From Alphaproteobacteria bacterium UBA3635 (lineage in GTDB: Bacteria; Pseudomonadota; Alphaproteobacteria; Rs-D84), in contig DFKW01000004.1 in assembly GCA_002373935.1 (NCBI GenBank), positions 27,704 through 91,703 on the forward strand: a DNA stretch of 64,000 nt. Reading direction: 5' to 3'. The notes below the pieces were generated by a model. The model worked only from the letters and a program-made list of their open reading frames with translations. It was not told the origin of the DNA and ran no database searches. The translations under genes and the position numbers were made by a program. Positions within the stretch are counted from its first letter, which is position 1. Each line of letters begins with the position of its first letter. Below are positions 1 through 9,867 of the stretch, piece after piece.

Positions 1-800
1 TGGGGTCAGACGTCTGAATTTAGAGCATGCGGATTTAACCGATGTTCATGATATTAAATTTAATCCAAATGCAGATTATATAAATTTACGCGGCACCAAA
101 ACCAAATTACACGGTGATTTGGATTTTTCTGGTGTAATACTGCTGAATTTAGAGCGTGCAGATTTAACCGATGTTCATGATATAAAATTTAACCCAAATG
201 CAGATGAAATAAATTTGATCAACACCAAATTACATGGCGATTTGGATTTTTCTGGGGTTCAGTCATTAAATATAGAGTATGCAGATTTAACCGATGTTCG
301 CGATATTAAATTTAACCCAGAACGATTTCACAAAAATGCCGGTTTAATCGGCACAAAATTATCGGGCGATTGGGATTTTGGTAATGCTGCAGATTTGTAT
401 TTGCGCGACACCGATTTAACCCGTGTTCGCCGCATTAAATTTAATCCAAATGCCCACACCATAGATTTGGCCGGCGCGACATTGGGTGGCGATTTGGATT
501 TTTCTGGTGTTAGACGTCTGAATTTGATGCATGCGGATTTAACCGGCGTTCGCAGTATAAAATTAAAATCAAACGAATATGTGAATCTAAAGGTCGCAAA
601 ATTATCCGGCGATTGGGATTTCAGCACTGTGAAAGCCGTAGATTTGAATGACGCCGATTTAACAGATGTTCACGAGATTAAATTTAATCCGAATACAGAT
701 ATAGATTTGCGCGGGGCAAAATTATCGGGTGATTTGGATTTTAGTGATAGGGAATATATAGATATTCGCAATGCCGATTTAACCCGTGTCCGCAGTATTA
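1..800. repeat. Tandem ~123-bp coding repeats (>=6 units), near-identical at the DNA level
   Basis: e.g. nt 8-70 vs nt 503-565 (gacgtctgaatttagagcatgcggatttaaccg...) and the recurring gatttggatttttctggtgt. Confidence 0.8.
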
Positions 801-1021
801 AACTAAACCCGCAATTATACAAAAAAATAAAAAAACACTATGTGACCATAAAATACGATAATACGGTTGTTGAAATGCCTTTGTTTGCGGTGCAAAAACA
901 CGGTATTACCCTGGAAAACAAAAACGCGTTCAAAATTGCAACAAACAAAATCAAGGAATTGGGAATACGAAAAACATTATCAAATATGATGGGCAAAATC
1001 GCGAACAAGACAAATAATTAG
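2..1021 (+). CDS. Pentapeptide-repeat (A[DN]LxX-type) protein, 5' truncated at window edge; built from ~41-aa super-repeats
   Basis: Frame 2 is open from nt 2 with no upstream stop. The unit ADLTDVHDIKFNPNA..GDLDFSGV recurs at least 6 times. The C-terminal ~80 aa are unique. Confidence 0.6.
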   Translation, partial: GVRRLNLEHADLTDVHDIKFNPNADYINLRGTKTKLHGDLDFSGVILLNLERADLTDVHDIKFNPNADEINLINTKLHGDLDFSGVQSLNIEYADLTDVRDIKFNPERFHKNAGLIGTKLSGDWDFGNAADLYLRDTDLTRVRRIKFNPNAHTIDLAGATLGGDLDFSGVRRLNLMHADLTGVRSIKLKSNEYVNLKVAKLSGDWDFSTVKAVDLNDADLTDVHEIKFNPNTDIDLRGAKLSGDLDFSDREYIDIRNADLTRVRSIKLNPQLYKKIKKHYVTIKYDNTVVEMPLFAVQKHGITLENKNAFKIATNKIKELGIRKTLSNMMGKIANKTNN

Positions 1022-1076
1022 GTTGAAAATTCGCTTTTTATCGTGTATTTTTCATCTGTCACTAAAAGGATTTGTT

Positions 1077-1280
1077 ATGGCAGACGAAATGGATAAAAAA
1101 TTGACTTTTGAAGAGGCGTATAAACAGTTGACCGAATTGGTTAAAAAAATGGAATCGGGGGAATTGCCGTTGGCGGATTCTGTTGCGGCATACGAACAAG
1201 GAATCAAGTTAAAGGCATACTGTGAACAATTATTAAAAGAAGCCGAATTGAAAATCGAAACATTAAAGGTTTCTGCATAA
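1077..1280 (+). CDS. xseB: Exodeoxyribonuclease VII small subunit
   Basis: 68 aa, MADEMDKKLTFEEAYKQLTELVKKMESGELPL matches the XseB family. RBS aaaagga 8 bp upstream. The ORF-track start at 1023 is an in-frame N-extension. Confidence 0.8.
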   Translation: MADEMDKKLTFEEAYKQLTELVKKMESGELPLADSVAAYEQGIKLKAYCEQLLKEAELKIETLKVSA

Positions 1281-1293
1281 AGCGGGGCAAATC

Positions 1294-3828
1294 GTGGCGG
1301 CAAAAGAAAAACTTTCACCGGTAATGCAGCAATATTTGGATATGAAATCCGAAAATCCGGATGCGTTGTTGTTGTTTCGATTGGGCGATTTTTACGAGGC
1401 ATTTTTTGACGATGCAAAAACTATTAGCAATGCACTGAGTTTGGTTTTAACCCATCGTGGGACGGATGGTGCGGGCACCGATATTCCAATGTGTGGTATT
1501 CCATGGCATGCGGCGGACAATTATTTTGGGCGACTGGTAAAATCGGGTTTTAATGTCGCGTTGGTTGAACAAATGGAAACCCCGGCCCAGGCAAAACAAC
1601 GCGGGCATAAATTTATAGAACGCAAAATTGTGCGTGTTTTGACGCCTGGAACATTGACCGATGAAAATTTGTTAAATCCAAAAAACTCTAATTTTTTAAT
1701 TGCGGTTGTGCCGATTCAAAATGGCGATTTTGATGTTGCAGGTTGCGATATTTCAACCGGTGAATTTTTCATTGGAAAAACTCATGATATTATCGATGAT
1801 TTGGTGCGGTTAAACCCGGCCGAGGTTATTTACCCCGCATCATATGCAGAAAACGATACTGTATTCCACATGCGCACAATTTTCAAAACAACACCGGTAT
1901 ATGAAAAATTATATATTCGGTCCGATATAACACAAATTGTGTCGCGTGTGTTTGGTGGTGCGGTGGATGTAGTGCAATCTGAAAACATGGACAATGCAAC
2001 ATATTTGTTGGCGGGCTATTTATTTAACACCGGACGCGGGGCAACAACAACATTTCGTGCGCCGCGGCAATTAAAATCCGGCGCACAATTATTGATTGAT
2101 TCGGCAACATGGAAAAGTTTGGAAATAGATGCGCCGATAAATCCGGGTGGCACATGTTTGATTGATGTGTTGGATAAAACAAAAACCGCGGCGGGGGCGC
2201 GAAAATTGCGCGCTTATTTGCGGACGCTGTCGGGCGATATTGATGAAATAAATTTGCGCCAAACACATATTGCATATTTTTTATCTAATCGGGCAACAAT
2301 GTTAAGCGTTGTTCACGAATTATCATCTATGCCGGATGCCGGACGGTCACTGGCACGATTGATATCGGGACGCGGAACGCCGCGCGACATGGCGCATATA
2401 CGCGATTTTATTTTGAATTTGCCACGGCTAAAAATAATGGCGGCGGCATTTGATTCTGATTTTTCTGCACGCATTGGTGCGATTGATACGCATGATACAT
2501 TGGGCGCAAAATTAAAATCCGCATTGGCCGATAACCTGCCGACATTTTTCCGCGATTTTAATGTAATACGCGATGGATACGATGTCGCATTGGACCGCAT
2601 GCGCGAATTGTCGCATGGTGCAAAAAACACTATTGCCGGACTCCAGGCGCAATATATTGAACAAACAGGTATTCACACATTAAAAATTAAATTTAACAAT
2701 ATATTGGGTTATTTTATCGAGGTTCCATCCACCCGCGCCGATGACATGATGCGCCCTGATTCTGGATTTATACATCGTCAGACATTGGCGGGGAACATGC
2801 GTTTTACAACCGCACAATTGATTGATTTGGACAATGATGTTCGCAGCGCGGTTGAAAAATCTAATGCAATCGAAGAAGAAATCGTCAATGGTTTTATCGA
2901 CAACATTCGTGAAATCGCCGACGATTTATTGGCAACGGCGGATTTGTTGGCTGATTTAGATGTATGGGTGGCATTGGCAATGGTTGCCGATGAATATAAC
3001 TGGGTGCGACCAAAACTGACCCGTGGGTTTGAATTTGATGTTATTGGCGCGCGTCACCCGGTAATTGAATATGTGTTGCGTGCGCATGGCGATAACTTTG
3101 TTAAAAACGATTGTAATTTATCGACAAAAAAAATTGCGTTGTTGACCGGGCCAAACATGGCGGGAAAATCAACATACCTGCGTCAAAATGCGATAATTGT
3201 TGTGTTGGCACATTTGGGGGCTTTTGTTCCGGCGGAAACCGCAACGATTGGCGTTTGTGACCAATTATTCAGTCGCGTTGGTGCGTCAGATAACCTGGCG
3301 GCGGGACAATCAACATTTATGGTGGAAATGAGTGAGACCGCCAATATTTTGCGTCGCGCAACAAATCGTTCGTTTATTATTTTCGATGAAATCGGGCGTG
3401 GAACCGCGACATATGACGGGATGGCGATTGCACAATCTGTACTGGAATTTTTGAACGAACTGGCGCCACGGACTTTGTTTGCAACGCATTATCATGAATT
3501 GACCGCGTTGACCGGTGATAACAATGGCGCGTTGCAAAATGTGTCGTGTTTAACGATTGATGTGCGCGAATACAATAATGAAATTATATTTATGCATAAA
3601 ATCATCCCCGGGGTTGCAAATCGTTCGTATGGTATTCATGTGGCAAAAATGGCGGGTATGCCGGAATCTGTGGTTGCGCGTGCCGCGGTTGTGTTGGCCG
3701 AATTGGAAAACGGCGCAAAATCCAAAACCACAACACCCACAGATGTGAAAAAGCCCGCGCATACCGGTAAAACAAATATGCATATGCATGATGATACACC
3801 GCAATTATCGCTGTTTGGTGAAAAATAA
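1294..3828 (+). CDS. mutS: DNA mismatch repair protein MutS (GTG start)
   Basis: 844 aa. N-terminal mismatch-binding motif GDFYE.F, Walker A GPNMAGKST, MutS domain V TFMVEMSETA...FDEIGRGT. Confidence 0.95.
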   Translation: MAAKEKLSPVMQQYLDMKSENPDALLLFRLGDFYEAFFDDAKTISNALSLVLTHRGTDGAGTDIPMCGIPWHAADNYFGRLVKSGFNVALVEQMETPAQAKQRGHKFIERKIVRVLTPGTLTDENLLNPKNSNFLIAVVPIQNGDFDVAGCDISTGEFFIGKTHDIIDDLVRLNPAEVIYPASYAENDTVFHMRTIFKTTPVYEKLYIRSDITQIVSRVFGGAVDVVQSENMDNATYLLAGYLFNTGRGATTTFRAPRQLKSGAQLLIDSATWKSLEIDAPINPGGTCLIDVLDKTKTAAGARKLRAYLRTLSGDIDEINLRQTHIAYFLSNRATMLSVVHELSSMPDAGRSLARLISGRGTPRDMAHIRDFILNLPRLKIMAAAFDSDFSARIGAIDTHDTLGAKLKSALADNLPTFFRDFNVIRDGYDVALDRMRELSHGAKNTIAGLQAQYIEQTGIHTLKIKFNNILGYFIEVPSTRADDMMRPDSGFIHRQTLAGNMRFTTAQLIDLDNDVRSAVEKSNAIEEEIVNGFIDNIREIADDLLATADLLADLDVWVALAMVADEYNWVRPKLTRGFEFDVIGARHPVIEYVLRAHGDNFVKNDCNLSTKKIALLTGPNMAGKSTYLRQNAIIVVLAHLGAFVPAETATIGVCDQLFSRVGASDNLAAGQSTFMVEMSETANILRRATNRSFIIFDEIGRGTATYDGMAIAQSVLEFLNELAPRTLFATHYHELTALTGDNNGALQNVSCLTIDVREYNNEIIFMHKIIPGVANRSYGIHVAKMAGMPESVVARAAVVLAELENGAKSKTTTPTDVKKPAHTGKTNMHMHDDTPQLSLFGEK

Positions 3829-4700
3829 TGTCGTCTGGATGGATTATTTTGGATAAATTGTCGGGCGTATTCAGCCGAACCGCCGGCGCACGCATCGCGC
3901 GTTTATTTGACACAAAAAAATTCGGACACATTGGAACACTGGACCCGATGGCGACCGGTGTTTTGCCGATTGCGTTGGGAAATGCTACAAAAATGATTCC
4001 GTTTGTGACGGACGCAAATGGCGATGAAAAAGAATACCTGTTTTCATTAAAATTTGGAATTGATACAGATACGCTGGATGTGACCGGAAATATTATTTCG
4101 CGCAACGATATTGTGCCAACGGACGATAAAATCCGTGCGGCAACCCATGAATTGATTGGCGATATTATGCAAATTCCACCGAAATACAGTGCGGTTCACA
4201 TCGATGGTGCGCGTGCGTATAAAATGGCGCGCAATGGTGCGGATATTGAATTACCACCCCGCCCGGTACATATTTATGACATACAATACAACGGTTTTAA
4301 TGGCACATCGTGGACTTTTTCGGTTCGATGCAGCAGTGGGACATATGTGCGTTCTTTGGCGTGTGACATCGCAAAAAAATGCGGTGCAATTGCATCAGTC
4401 GATATGATTCGCCGAACACGGACAACGGGTTTTGATATAAAAAATGCCGTCACACTTGATTTTTTGGAAAATCTGTATAATAATGGGGCGGACATCGGGA
4501 AATTTCTGATGCCGATTGATTTGGGACTGGGGGACATTCCGGTTTTGAATCTGGGTGATAAAGACACCGAATTATACAAACACGGTGGATTTATCAAAAC
4601 CGCAATATCAAACGGTTTGGTGCGTGTGTATAACAACGACACTTTTATCGGAATTGGTGTTGCAGAAAATAAACAACTGCGTCCAAAACGCACAATATAA
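3828..4700 (+). CDS. truB: tRNA pseudouridine(55) synthase TruB
   Basis: HIGTLDPMATGVLPIALGNATK catalytic motif. Start overlaps the mutS stop (TAATG). Confidence 0.9.
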   Translation: MSSGWIILDKLSGVFSRTAGARIARLFDTKKFGHIGTLDPMATGVLPIALGNATKMIPFVTDANGDEKEYLFSLKFGIDTDTLDVTGNIISRNDIVPTDDKIRAATHELIGDIMQIPPKYSAVHIDGARAYKMARNGADIELPPRPVHIYDIQYNGFNGTSWTFSVRCSSGTYVRSLACDIAKKCGAIASVDMIRRTRTTGFDIKNAVTLDFLENLYNNGADIGKFLMPIDLGLGDIPVLNLGDKDTELYKHGGFIKTAISNGLVRVYNNDTFIGIGVAENKQLRPKRTI

Positions 4701-4712
4701 AGGAAAAATGTA

Positions 4713-4985
4713 ATGTCCATTACAAAAGCAAAAAAAACAGAATTGATTTCTGCGTTCAAAACATCTGATGCCGACAACGGCGGCAGTGCCGCATCCCAGG
4801 TTGCGGTTTTAACAGAACGTATTCGCAATTTAACAGAACACATGAAAAACAACCACAAAGACGAACACAGCAAACGCGGTTTGTTATTGATGGTTAATCG
4901 TCGTAAAAAATTGTTGGCATATATCAAACGCCGCAATGAAAAAGATTACGAAGAACTGATTAAAAAATTAGGTTTGCGTAAATAA
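4713..4985 (+). CDS. rpsO: 30S ribosomal protein S15
   Basis: 90 aa, GSAASQVAVLTERIRNLTEHMKNNHKDEHSKRGLL is typical S15. Confidence 0.95.
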   Translation: MSITKAKKTELISAFKTSDADNGGSAASQVAVLTERIRNLTEHMKNNHKDEHSKRGLLLMVNRRKKLLAYIKRRNEKDYEELIKKLGLRK

Positions 4986-4993
4986 TAATTTTT

Positions 4994-5022
4994 CACCGTC
5001 CAATTTTGGACGGTGTTTTTTC
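4994..5022 (+). terminator. Rho-independent terminator after rpsO
   Basis: caccgtccaattttggacggtg followed by a T6 tract. Confidence 0.7.
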
Positions 5023-5026
5023 GCAT

Positions 5027-5057
5027 AAAAAACGCACCAAAATTTGGTGCGTTTTTA
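5027..5057. terminator. Bidirectional terminator hairpin between convergent rpsO and the TPR gene
   Basis: aaaaaacgcaccaaaatttggtgcgttttta: A-tract, stem, T-tract. Confidence 0.6.
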
Positions 5058-5078
5058 TTGTGTGTTGGGGACGCGGGG

Positions 5079-6140
5079 TTATTGCGAAACCGTTTCGTCC
5101 GATGTGGATACCGCGTTTTCATCCGACAATTCGGTCGCAGGCATCGCATCCGGTGTTGCCATGGTGACCTGGTCCATGGTGACGGTTTTGCCGCGTTCGG
5201 AATCGATACTGCGTTGCAAATCTGAAACCAATTTTTCCAAACGTTCAACAGAATCCGTATCGTTCAATGCCGTCGCGATTTGTAATGCGCCCTGTAAATT
5301 GGTCAGTGCCGCATCTTTGTTATCCAATTTCAAATATAACGCCGCACTTTTTTCCGTGTACAACATTACATCGTGGGATAATTTTTCACCCAAATCTATG
5401 TCGGTCACGCCGTTTAATTGTTCTTTGATAACCTGCATAGCGGATGCATAATCATTTATCGCATCGGCATAATCGCCACGGGCGGTGTATGCCTCGGCCC
5501 GTTCGGCATAAACATCCGCCGACACCGTGCCATCAGGATGTGACAAAGAATTTGTATAATCGGCAATCGCACCATCCCAATTTTTTTGCCACAAATTCAA
5601 CTGACCACGTTTGGCGTATAAATCACGCAACGCAACCGGGGAATTTTCAGATGTCGCCGCCACAACCAGCGCATTGTTGATATCAACCATGGCCGCGTCG
5701 TAATCTTCCAAACGCATTTCCAACAATGCCTTGTCATAAAATGCCAGGGCACTGGTCGAATCGTGTTCAATCGCAGAATTGAAATCAGCCATCGCCTTTT
5801 TATAATCGCCGATTAACATATATGCCTCGCCCCGGGCCAGGTATGCCGTGTTCGACACCGCGCCAGAATCAACAACCGCGGTTAAATCGGCAATTGCACC
5901 CTCGATATCGCCAGACGCCAATTTTTCACGACCGGAATTAAAATAATCATTTGCCTGCATCAAAATTTCTTCGTTCAATGTCGCCGGATTGTGAATCATA
6001 CCGTGACTGCGTCCCAAGATATAAAATGTTGCCGCAATGAAAAATAAAATTATAAACCAATAAACATATATTGGCGCAGACCACCCGGTTCCCGCCGGTT
6101 TGGTTGTAATTGGTTTTGTTTTTGGTGATGATTTACGCAT
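5079..6140 (-). CDS. Membrane-anchored TPR-repeat protein
   Basis: N-terminal TM helix, then repeated A..Y.....G.Y..A TPR-like units. Acidic C-terminal tail. Confidence 0.6.
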   Translation of the reverse strand: MRKSSPKTKPITTKPAGTGWSAPIYVYWFIILFFIAATFYILGRSHGMIHNPATLNEEILMQANDYFNSGREKLASGDIEGAIADLTAVVDSGAVSNTAYLARGEAYMLIGDYKKAMADFNSAIEHDSTSALAFYDKALLEMRLEDYDAAMVDINNALVVAATSENSPVALRDLYAKRGQLNLWQKNWDGAIADYTNSLSHPDGTVSADVYAERAEAYTARGDYADAINDYASAMQVIKEQLNGVTDIDLGEKLSHDVMLYTEKSAALYLKLDNKDAALTNLQGALQIATALNDTDSVERLEKLVSDLQRSIDSERGKTVTMDQVTMATPDAMPATELSDENAVSTSDETVSQ

Positions 6141-6179
6141 CGACGCCCCCCTTTTGTGTGTTCTCTTACACTAGCAATA

Positions 6180-6881
6180 TTAAAGAGTTTTCAAAAGCAG
6201 GTCAACATCTTTCTGAGGCACTTTTTTAATTTTTCCCGATTCCAAATTTCCAATGTGTAAATTACCAAAAGATTCGCGATGTAATTTTTGAACCGGCGCA
6301 CCACATGCACGCAGAACAATACGGATTTCGTTCTTTTTACCCTCGGTCACGGTTATACGCAATTTGTTTTTTCCAATTTCGGTAATTTCCATTGGACGAT
6401 ATTTTATACCATCAATTGTCGCACCATGACGCGCAATATCAAACTGATGCTTTTCACCACCGACGCGCGCAACATAAGTTCGCGGAATTTTATTTGACGG
6501 TAATGATAATTTTTGCACCAAATCACCATCATTGGTCAGCAATAATAATCCAGTTGTTTTATAATCCAATCGCCCAACATATCGCAAATGTTTATATTCG
6601 TTTGGCAAAATATCATAAATTGTTGTGCGGCCCTCTGGGTCACGCGCAGTTGTCATAACATTTAACGGTTTGTTGAAAATATATAATGCTAAATTTGATT
6701 GTGGTTGTATTTTTTTCCCATTTAATGTCACAACATCCACCGCATCATCGACGATTGTTGCCGGTGTTGTGACAACAACATCGTTTATCGCAACCGCGCC
6801 AGACGCAATTATTTTCTCGGCATCCCGTCGGGATGCAACACCGGATGCCGCAATAAATTTTGCAATTCGTTGTTTTGTCAT
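6180..6881 (-). CDS. RluB/RsuA-family rRNA pseudouridine synthase (S4 domain plus catalytic domain)
   Basis: N-terminal S4 motif RIAKFIAASGVASRRDAEKII. RsuA-family motif RLDYKTTGLLLLTNDG. Confidence 0.8.
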   Translation of the reverse strand: MTKQRIAKFIAASGVASRRDAEKIIASGAVAINDVVVTTPATIVDDAVDVVTLNGKKIQPQSNLALYIFNKPLNVMTTARDPEGRTTIYDILPNEYKHLRYVGRLDYKTTGLLLLTNDGDLVQKLSLPSNKIPRTYVARVGGEKHQFDIARHGATIDGIKYRPMEITEIGKNKLRITVTEGKKNEIRIVLRACGAPVQKLHRESFGNLHIGNLESGKIKKVPQKDVDLLLKTL

Positions 6882-7534
6882 TTTACCACCCGCGATATTG
6901 CAATTGCCGCCGCCAATTCGGCACGCAAAATTGTTTTTCCCAATGACATGCCACGCGCACCATTTTTATCCAGCGCATTAAATTCATCATCGGAAAAACC
7001 GCCCTCGGGTCCAACCAGGATATTTTTCGCACCAATAAATTCGTGTGGCAAATCCGCACCGTATGCCGCACGCTCGTCGGCAAATACTAAATCCGCAAAC
7101 GGTAAATCGGCAAATTTAATTGGTGTCGCAATTTCCGGCACAGAATTACGATTGGATTGTTCGGCGGCCTCGGTTACTATTTTTTTCATACGGTCCCAAT
7201 TTATGTGATGTGCAACGGTGCGTTCGGTAATAACCGGGACAAACCGCATGACCCCCATCTGGGTTGCCATGTTTAACATATCGTCCGTCTTTTTTATTGG
7301 GGCAAAATACAAACACACATCATTTGATGGGTCGGCGTGTGGCGTTTGATTGCCAATCGTCAAAAAATTCCCGTCGCCCGATAAATTCGCCGTGTATTCA
7401 TGTCCGTCGCCAAACACCAAACAATTATCGCGCCGCATGACGTGTACCAAATAGTGCGATACAGATTTATCAATCGCAACTTTGTCGCCCGGGGTAATAT
7501 TTTTGCCAATAAAAATTCGCGGTATGTTTTTCAT
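6878..7534 (-). CDS. rsmE: 16S rRNA (uracil1498-N3)-methyltransferase RsmE
   Basis: N-terminus RIFIGKNI...HYLVHVMR and C-terminal GPEGGFSDDE..LGKTILRAELAAAIA are typical RsmE. Confidence 0.8.
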   Translation of the reverse strand: MKNIPRIFIGKNITPGDKVAIDKSVSHYLVHVMRRDNCLVFGDGHEYTANLSGDGNFLTIGNQTPHADPSNDVCLYFAPIKKTDDMLNMATQMGVMRFVPVITERTVAHHINWDRMKKIVTEAAEQSNRNSVPEIATPIKFADLPFADLVFADERAAYGADLPHEFIGAKNILVGPEGGFSDDEFNALDKNGARGMSLGKTILRAELAAAIAISRVVK

Positions 7535-7590
7535 ATATTTTTTTATTTCTGATTTATTTTGTTGGTTTTTTCTGGTATAATAATAACACC

Positions 7591-9864
7591 ATGGCTGAGA
7601 AATTCAATATTTTATCTGCGGGCGGGTCGTCCAAAGGACTGAACATTTTCAAATCGACGGCGTATAAAGAACACGAAGCCGGCCCGATGGCGCAAATGTT
7701 TTGGGTTTTTCGTTGGAACGCGGCGATGTGGATTATTTGCGCCGTGGCATTTGCATTGGCGTTTATTTTAGAACACATGTTTCGATATGGTTGGTCGCCG
7801 GCAACCGCACAATGGGCAAAATTATTTCTGCAAAACGCATTACATTCGGGTGGTATGTCGGTTATCGCGGCGGTGCCAGGGTGGTTTTTTGGTGCAATTG
7901 TCAGGCCGGATTTTGCGGCGATTATGCCTCTGTTGCCAATTATCGCGTTTTATTTTGTGTCGGACGATACATTAACCAAAGAATTTAATCCGCATGGTGA
8001 TAAAATTTATGATGAAAAATCTTCGCGCAAGGCAACCGCCGACGATATTCGCAAAATGAAACAAAATTTCAAAAACAAAGATGGTTTGTTCAACGGATTT
8101 ATGATGGTGTTGGGCTATTTCAAAGATGGTAAAAAAACAAAACCATTGATGTTGGATGAAACATTGTCTGTATTGTGTGTTGCGCCCCCGGGGGCCGGTA
8201 AAACCGCCGGCGTTGTTATTCCAACAATCGTTGATTGCGATAATGTTTCAATGATTATCAATGACCCAAAACCTGAATTAAAGCAAAAAACATCCGGGTA
8301 TCGTGCGACGATTGGGCCGGTGTTTATTATGAATTGGGCGGGTCAAGATGACCCGGAACGCGGTATATTTTACCCGTCATGGAATCCATTGTCACCGGAA
8401 CATGTGCCGTTCGAAACCGAACAACGCGATTTGTATGTTGATACGATTTGCAAGGTTTTGGTCCCGGATGCCACAGGCACATCGGCGGACCCGCATTGGT
8501 CGATTTCTGGGCGCGCGGGATTGTCCGGATTTATTCAATATATTATTTCCAAGGTTGAACGCGCCAAGGCCGATGATTATTTTTATTCGCGTCTGCAATC
8601 GGGTGAATTTAACCAGGAAGATTCCAATGTGTTGTTGGAATATTACCTGAATATGTCCAGTAATCCAAACGCATATGCGGCGATGGGGTTATTGCAACGC
8701 GGTGAATTAAATACGATGAATTATGTCCATGTCGGGACATGGAAAAATATTCCTGATGCATGGGTCGGGCACGAGGCATCGTTATCCATGATTTTGGATT
8801 GGTTAAATTCGGCACAACTGGCAAACGCCGCCGAAATGGAAGAACGCCGCAGACAAGGCGACCAAATGGTTGCATTGGCCGACCCAATGAAGGATGTGTT
8901 AGAGGCCGCCGTGAACGAGGCCGTAGAATTCGCATATTCACACCGTGCGGTGTTGGAATTGACGCAATTGGCAAACACACCGGACAAAGAACGCGGGTCA
9001 ATATTGTCCACAATTATGGCGGGATTGGGCGTGTTCCGTAATGCGGCGGTGCGCAATCGGACATCACATTCTGATTTCCATTTCGAAGATTTGCGCGGAC
9101 TGCGTGATCCAAGGGACGGAAAAATCAAACCGGTCACCGTATATTTATCAATCAACATGGTTGATGCCCAGGCATTAAACCCAATCACCGGAATATTTAT
9201 CGAATTGATGTCGAATTATTTATTGGTAAATACCCCCGATGGCATTACATCGAACGGCAAACAGTTGGGGCCATATCCGGTGTTGTTCGTATTGGACGAA
9301 ATGCCAAAAATGCAAAAATTGGATGCCGTTATCCAAGGGCCTGATTTGGGACGCGGACAAAAAATTTCTTATTTAATTATCGGTCAAGATTTACACCAGA
9401 TTCAGGAAAAATACGGTGCGGATGCCGCCGCCACAATTATTTCAACAACGGCGGCAAAAATTGTTATGCGTCAAAACGACCCAGAAACCGCAAAACGTTT
9501 TTCCGAAATGATTGGTAATGAAATCAAAAAAGAAAAAAAGAAAAATAAAGATACCGGCGAAGAAACCGAAGAAACCAAGGCACCAAAACCGTTGTATTCG
9601 GAAATGGATATTATGACATTGGGCGAAGGCAAACAAATCGTTATATACCAAGGTTGGTATCACAGACCTATTGAAGCAACCCAAGAAAGATACTTTTTGG
9701 GCAAATCTGATATTGAAAAGAAATTATTGGCCAAGGTTGAAATGGGCGAATCTGCGCCGATGCCGGAATTTTTGGTTGCAAATCATTGTCGTGCGATGGG
9801 TTATACCGGGCAAATTCGATTTATGGACCCAACAACAAAAACTATCCGTGTTTTATCTGAATAA
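7591..9864 (+). CDS. TraG/VirD4/TrwB-family type IV secretion coupling protein (T4CP), orphan
   Basis: N-terminal TM helices. VLCVAPPGAGKTAGVVIPTIV Walker A and IINDPKPEL. Walker B VLFVLDEM. GQDLHQIQEKYG...RQNDPETAKRFSEMIG matches the TraG/VirD4 C-terminal signature. Lys/Glu-rich tail. Confidence 0.75.
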   Translation: MAEKFNILSAGGSSKGLNIFKSTAYKEHEAGPMAQMFWVFRWNAAMWIICAVAFALAFILEHMFRYGWSPATAQWAKLFLQNALHSGGMSVIAAVPGWFFGAIVRPDFAAIMPLLPIIAFYFVSDDTLTKEFNPHGDKIYDEKSSRKATADDIRKMKQNFKNKDGLFNGFMMVLGYFKDGKKTKPLMLDETLSVLCVAPPGAGKTAGVVIPTIVDCDNVSMIINDPKPELKQKTSGYRATIGPVFIMNWAGQDDPERGIFYPSWNPLSPEHVPFETEQRDLYVDTICKVLVPDATGTSADPHWSISGRAGLSGFIQYIISKVERAKADDYFYSRLQSGEFNQEDSNVLLEYYLNMSSNPNAYAAMGLLQRGELNTMNYVHVGTWKNIPDAWVGHEASLSMILDWLNSAQLANAAEMEERRRQGDQMVALADPMKDVLEAAVNEAVEFAYSHRAVLELTQLANTPDKERGSILSTIMAGLGVFRNAAVRNRTSHSDFHFEDLRGLRDPRDGKIKPVTVYLSINMVDAQALNPITGIFIELMSNYLLVNTPDGITSNGKQLGPYPVLFVLDEMPKMQKLDAVIQGPDLGRGQKISYLIIGQDLHQIQEKYGADAAATIISTTAAKIVMRQNDPETAKRFSEMIGNEIKKEKKKNKDTGEETEETKAPKPLYSEMDIMTLGEGKQIVIYQGWYHRPIEATQERYFLGKSDIEKKLLAKVEMGESAPMPEFLVANHCRAMGYTGQIRFMDPTTKTIRVLSE

Positions 9865-9867
9865 AAT

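Noticed and set aside
1-800. Possible CRISPR array suggested by regular tandem repeats at the window start
   Set aside because: The repeats are 123 bp and fully coding, forming pentapeptide-repeat protein units in one open frame. There are no short direct repeats with unique spacers and no cas genes.
3602-4105. 167-aa minus-strand ORF overlapping the mutS/truB junction, and other antisense ORFs inside mutS (2024-2275, 2313-2630, 3310-3804)
   Set aside because: These lie entirely within well-supported coding regions on the opposite strand. The proteins are low-complexity and lack RBSs. They are typical shadow ORFs.
8609-9188. 134-aa and 155-aa minus-strand ORFs inside the T4CP gene
   Set aside because: Antisense shadow ORFs within a motif-supported CDS.
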